NCBI GenBank assembly: GCA_963662405.2
Contig: CAXXKT010000001.1
Coordinates: 2,240,001-2,304,000 of the forward strand
Reading direction: 5' to 3'
Source: Syntrophales bacterium
GTDB lineage: Bacteria > Desulfobacterota > Syntrophia > Syntrophales > UBA2210
DNA length: 64,000 nt
How positions within the stretch are numbered: position 1 is the first letter of the stretch; each line of letters starts with the position of its first letter. Made by a program: the position numbers and the translations under genes. The notes beneath the pieces were generated by a model that did not search any database, was not told the DNA's origin, and saw nothing but the letters and a program-made list of their open reading frames with translations. Below, piece after piece: positions 60,148 through 64,000 of the stretch.

Positions 60148-61335
60148 TTGAGCATGAAAGAGATTTATCTTGTTGATGGTGTCAGAACCGCCGTGGCGCG
60201 TGCGGGAAAGAGGTCCTGGTTTACGAATGTCCGGGCCGATGACCTCGCAGTACGGGTTATAAACGAACTGATTCGGAGGACCGGTCTGGAAGAAAAGAAG
60301 GAGCAGATTGATGATGTAATCCTGGGCGGGACTGCCCTGATGGAGGATATGGGCTCGAACATCGGTCGGTTATCCGTTATTATGGCCGGTCTTCCCTACA
60401 GCGTACCGGGGTGTACCATTGACCGTTTTTGCGCCTCGGGATTGCAATCGATCGCGAATGCCGTTGCGGCCATCAATATGGGATGGATGGATATGGTTAT
60501 CGCGGGGGGCGTGCAGCACATGACCCACGTCCCCATGGGAACGGGATCATCACCCAATCCCCGGCTCGGAGAATTCTGCGACCCCCGAATGAACTCTATG
60601 GGTTACACCGCGGAGATGGTGGCCCGGGACTTTAATATCAGCAAGGAGAAGCAGGATAAGATGTCTGTGGAAAGCCATGCCAAGGCCCATAAGGCAACGG
60701 TCGACGGCCTCTTCAAGGAAGAGATCCTTCCCATTGAGGCGGATATTCCCACGAAGGATGGCGGCACGGAGCGGATGGTGGTCGACCGGGATCAGGGCAT
60801 CAGGCCCGAGACGACGATGGAGACCCTTGCGACCCTCCCCACGGTATTCATGGATGACGAGAAGGCGACCGTCACGGCGGGAAACTCCAGCCAGGTTAAT
60901 GATGCCGCTGCCTGCGTTCTGGTTGCCAGCAAGGAGAAGTGTGACGAACTGGGGCTGAAACCGAAGCTGCGACTGATCGATTATGCCGTCGTCGGTGTGG
61001 ACCCCAAGTATATGGGGATCGGGCCCTCTGTTGCAATCCCGAAGGTCTTGGAACACGCCGGGATGACGATGGATCAGATCGGTCTGTGGGAGGTCAACGA
61101 GGCCTTTGCATCCCAGGCCGTCTACTGCACGGAGAAGCTCGGAATCCGCGATCACGAACTGCTCAATCCGCGGGGAAGCGGTATCTCGCTGGGCCATCCC
61201 TTGGGATGCACGGGGAGCAGGATCGCCGTTACATTGATGCACGAGATGTCTTCCTATGGTGTCCAGTATGCCGTTGAGAGCATGTGTATCGGTCATGGCC
61301 AGGGGGCTGCGGCGATCTGGGAGTGGGTTGGATAA
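60148..61335 (+). CDS. Thiolase (3-ketoacyl-CoA thiolase)
   Basis: DRFCASG, NEAFA, GHPLG, MCIGHGQG. Confidence 0.95.
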   Translation: MSMKEIYLVDGVRTAVARAGKRSWFTNVRADDLAVRVINELIRRTGLEEKKEQIDDVILGGTALMEDMGSNIGRLSVIMAGLPYSVPGCTIDRFCASGLQSIANAVAAINMGWMDMVIAGGVQHMTHVPMGTGSSPNPRLGEFCDPRMNSMGYTAEMVARDFNISKEKQDKMSVESHAKAHKATVDGLFKEEILPIEADIPTKDGGTERMVVDRDQGIRPETTMETLATLPTVFMDDEKATVTAGNSSQVNDAAACVLVASKEKCDELGLKPKLRLIDYAVVGVDPKYMGIGPSVAIPKVLEHAGMTMDQIGLWEVNEAFASQAVYCTEKLGIRDHELLNPRGSGISLGHPLGCTGSRIAVTLMHEMSSYGVQYAVESMCIGHGQGAAAIWEWVG

Positions 61336-61410
61336 GGGTCCTTGGCCTTTGTGGCAGCACTCAAAATGTAGTATACAGCGAAGCTAAATATGAGTGAAAG
61401 GAGTGTATCA

Positions 61411-61869
61411 ATGGCAAAAGAATTACCGCTGGAAGAGATCAGGAAACTTGTGGGAACGGAGGTTTACGTTTCCGGCTGGAAGAAGATTGAGCAGGATCAG
61501 ATCAATCAATTTGCCGATGCCACGGAGGATCATCAGTGGATTCATGTGGACCCGGAGAAAGCGGCCGAGGGGCCCTTTGGTACGACGATCGCCCACGGGT
61601 TTCTGACCCTTTCACACATCCCCTTTTTCAGTTACCAGGGCGCTGTTTCGCCCGAGGGGGCGAAGATGTCGATCAATTACGGCCTGAACAAGGTCAGATT
61701 TCTCAATCCGGTCGCCGTGGGATCAAAGATACGGGACCGGATCGTTCTCGCGAACGTTGAGGAACAGCAGGGGGGACGGGTCCTCATAACGACGACCCAT
61801 ACGATCGAGATCGAGGGGCAGGAAAAACCGGCCTGCATCGCGGAATCTCTTGGACTGGTTTTTGTTTAA
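61411..61869 (+). CDS. MaoC-family (R)-specific enoyl-CoA hydratase
   Basis: FADATEDHQWIHVD, TIAHGFLTLS, NYGLNKVRF. Confidence 0.9.
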   Translation: MAKELPLEEIRKLVGTEVYVSGWKKIEQDQINQFADATEDHQWIHVDPEKAAEGPFGTTIAHGFLTLSHIPFFSYQGAVSPEGAKMSINYGLNKVRFLNPVAVGSKIRDRIVLANVEEQQGGRVLITTTHTIEIEGQEKPACIAESLGLVFV

Positions 61870-61899
61870 AATGTTTTAAACGCAGAGGAGAGATAAAAG

Positions 61900-63366
61900 A
61901 TGAGAACAAAAGAAGAATATATTGAAGGTTTGAGCAAGATGAAGAGAAACCTTTTCATCAACGGTGAAAAGATAGGGCGTGATGATGAGCGGTTTGTCCC
62001 GGGTTACAATGTCATGGGAACCACCTTCGAACTCGCCGCGAAACCCGAGTATGAAGGATTCCTCACGGCCACCTCACACCTGACCGGTGAAAAGATCAAT
62101 CGCTTTAACCACATCCACCAGAATACGGAGGATCTGCACAAAAAACAGGACATGACCCGGCTCTATTGTCAAGTCGTGGGTGGGTGTGTCCAGCGGTGTA
62201 TGGGGATCGACGCGACAAACGCCATCTATACCGTTTCCTACGAGGCGGACAAGTCGAACAAGGGAGCTACCCAGTATCACGAGAATTTCAAAAAATGGCT
62301 GGAGCGGTTTCAAACGGAAGATCTGGTGGGATGCTGCGCTCAGACCGACGTCAAGGGCGACCGGATGTTGCGCCCCAGCAAGCAGCCCGACCCTGACTCC
62401 TACGTCCATGTGGTCGAAAGAAAGAAGGATGGCATCGTTGTCAGCGGTGCCAAGGTCCACATCTCGGAATCGGCGATTGCAGACGAGATCCTTGTAGTTC
62501 CCACACGGGCCTTAATGGAGGATGATAAGGATTATGCCGTTTCATTCGCCATCCCCGGCGACTGGGATGGATTGAAACAACTGGTCACGATCCACAACTG
62601 GCGTGACAGAAAGTATTTTCCCAAGGGATTCAACGCGGGGAGCAATGACTCCTACCTGATATTCGACAATGTTTTCATCCCCTGGGAGCGGGTCTTTTTG
62701 TGCGGCGAATACCAGCACGGCGGGATCCTGGCTCTCCTCTTCGCCCTTTTCCACCGCCACAGTTACTCGGGCTGCAAGCCGGCGCTGGGAGACCTGATGC
62801 TGGGGACCTGCGCCCTGGCAGCCGATGCCAACGGTATCAGCAAAGCGAAGCACGTCCATTCCAAATTTGCGGAGATCATCAAGGTAAGCGAGCTGGGATA
62901 CGCCGCGGGATTTACCGCATCAGAACTGGGAAAACCGGAGGTGTATATACCGGGGAAGGGGTTTGTCCCGTATGGACCGGGTAACTATATCCCCCACTCC
63001 ATTTATGCCAATGTGGGCCGTTGTCTGACCGGCGAGGCCGTCTTCCACGAGATGGAGATGCTGGCCGATATCTCCGGTGGAATGCCTGCCACGTTCCCCC
63101 ATGAGGGGGAGTTTGTCAATCCGGAAACGGCCGAGTTTGCCAAGAAATACACCACCCGAAGCTCTAAGATGTCACCGGAGAACCAGGCTCAGCTGTGGCG
63201 CCATGTTGGTGACCTGGCCTGTTCCGCCAAGGGGGGCATCGCCAACTTCGGCGCGCTCCACGGCGGCGGATCTCCCCGGATGGAAACCATCGCCATCACG
63301 ACCCAGTACGACATCGAGGCTCGCAGGGAGATTGTCCGGAAGGTAGCCGGGATGACGAAGGATTGA
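61900..63366 (+). CDS. abfD: Second 4-hydroxybutyryl-CoA dehydratase-like protein
   Basis: GGCVQRCMG, QTDVKGDR, HRHSYSGCK, HGGGSP. Confidence 0.8.
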   Translation: MRTKEEYIEGLSKMKRNLFINGEKIGRDDERFVPGYNVMGTTFELAAKPEYEGFLTATSHLTGEKINRFNHIHQNTEDLHKKQDMTRLYCQVVGGCVQRCMGIDATNAIYTVSYEADKSNKGATQYHENFKKWLERFQTEDLVGCCAQTDVKGDRMLRPSKQPDPDSYVHVVERKKDGIVVSGAKVHISESAIADEILVVPTRALMEDDKDYAVSFAIPGDWDGLKQLVTIHNWRDRKYFPKGFNAGSNDSYLIFDNVFIPWERVFLCGEYQHGGILALLFALFHRHSYSGCKPALGDLMLGTCALAADANGISKAKHVHSKFAEIIKVSELGYAAGFTASELGKPEVYIPGKGFVPYGPGNYIPHSIYANVGRCLTGEAVFHEMEMLADISGGMPATFPHEGEFVNPETAEFAKKYTTRSSKMSPENQAQLWRHVGDLACSAKGGIANFGALHGGGSPRMETIAITTQYDIEARREIVRKVAGMTKD

Positions 63367-63420
63367 TGTGAAATTTGTAAGGAGAGAGCGTTACGGTTGT
63401 TATAAGAAGGGACAGAGGCG

Positions 63421-64000
63421 ATGATCAAGCAAATGTTTGTCGCCGGCGCGGGGTTGATGGGAGGTGGGATCGCCCAGGTCTGCGCGCAGGCGGGTTATGA
63501 GGTGACGATCCGCGACCTGAGCGAAGAACTCATCGAAAAGGGCCTTCAATCGGTCAGATGGTCGGTGGAGAAGCTTGTGGAGAAGGGAAGGAGCCCGGGC
63601 AGTGTCGATGAGATCATGGGCAGGATCACGGGGACAACCGATCTTGCCGCCGCCTCCGCCGCCGATTTTGTATTTGAGGCCGTCGTTGAGGATCTCAAGA
63701 TCAAGCGGCAGCTCTTCGCAGATCTCGATTCCATATGCCCCCCCTACGCCGTCTTCGCGAGCAACACCTCGGCGATCCCCATCACAAAGATCGCGGAGGC
63801 GGTGGGCAGGAAGACCCAGTTCCTGGGGGCCCACTTCTTCAGCCCCGTTCCGATGATGCGGATCGTGGAGGTGGTGAGGATTTCCGAGACATCCGAAGAA
63901 ACGATCGTCCTTGTCGAAGAGATCTGCAAGTCCCTGGGGAAGGAGACGATTCGGGTCAACCGCGACGTTGCCGGCTTTGCCCTGAACCGGATCAATTATC
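63421..64000 (+). CDS. 3-hydroxyacyl-CoA dehydrogenase, truncated by the window end
   Basis: Own translation: MIKQMFVAGAGLMGGGIAQV...FEAVVEDL...ASNTS...HFFSPVP; absent from the ORF track because no stop codon is in the window. Confidence 0.92.
   Translation, partial: MIKQMFVAGAGLMGGGIAQVCAQAGYEVTIRDLSEELIEKGLQSVRWSVEKLVEKGRSPGSVDEIMGRITGTTDLAAASAADFVFEAVVEDLKIKRQLFADLDSICPPYAVFASNTSAIPITKIAEAVGRKTQFLGAHFFSPVPMMRIVEVVRISETSEETIVLVEEICKSLGKETIRVNRDVAGFALNRINY

Noticed and set aside
1..64000. CRISPR array, tRNA/rRNA, prophage or anti-phage defence genes
   Set aside because: I saw no regularly spaced repeats, RNA-gene signatures, or phage/defence motifs on reading; no covariance or HMM search was run.

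Overview
This is a 64-kb metabolic region from an anaerobic bacterium. Gene content suggests a Desulfobacterota/Syntrophales-like organism (inference). From left to right it contains: (1) a leftward operon with a DRTGG/kinase/PHP regulatory cassette and HydC/HydD/HydB-like subunits, where HydB is fused to a GltD/NfnB-like flavin module and no catalytic hydrogenase or formate dehydrogenase subunit is present; (2) a MarR regulator and an OYE-type enoate/dienoyl-CoA reductase; (3) a divergent, probably GntR-controlled catabolic cluster (AbfD-like dehydratase, acyl-CoA dehydrogenase, atypical crotonase, thiolase / SDR, family III CoA-transferase, Liv-type ABC transporter, Zn-dehydrogenase, a decayed abfD copy, GntR); (4) divergent inositol-phospholipid genes split by an intact IS1595-family element; (5) a sigma-54 operon (ABC transporter, heterodimeric CoA-transferase, carboxyltransferase) with a large enhancer-binding protein; (6) a patchwork island with a TRAP transporter, CoA-transferase, secreted lactonase, IS630 and IS200 relics, two miniature IS200/IS605-like elements, and a complete group IIC intron inserted right after one element's right end; (7) a second beta-oxidation/AbfD operon running off the right edge. 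I found no rRNA, tRNA or CRISPR array. All assignments come from motif recognition by eye, with no database searches.
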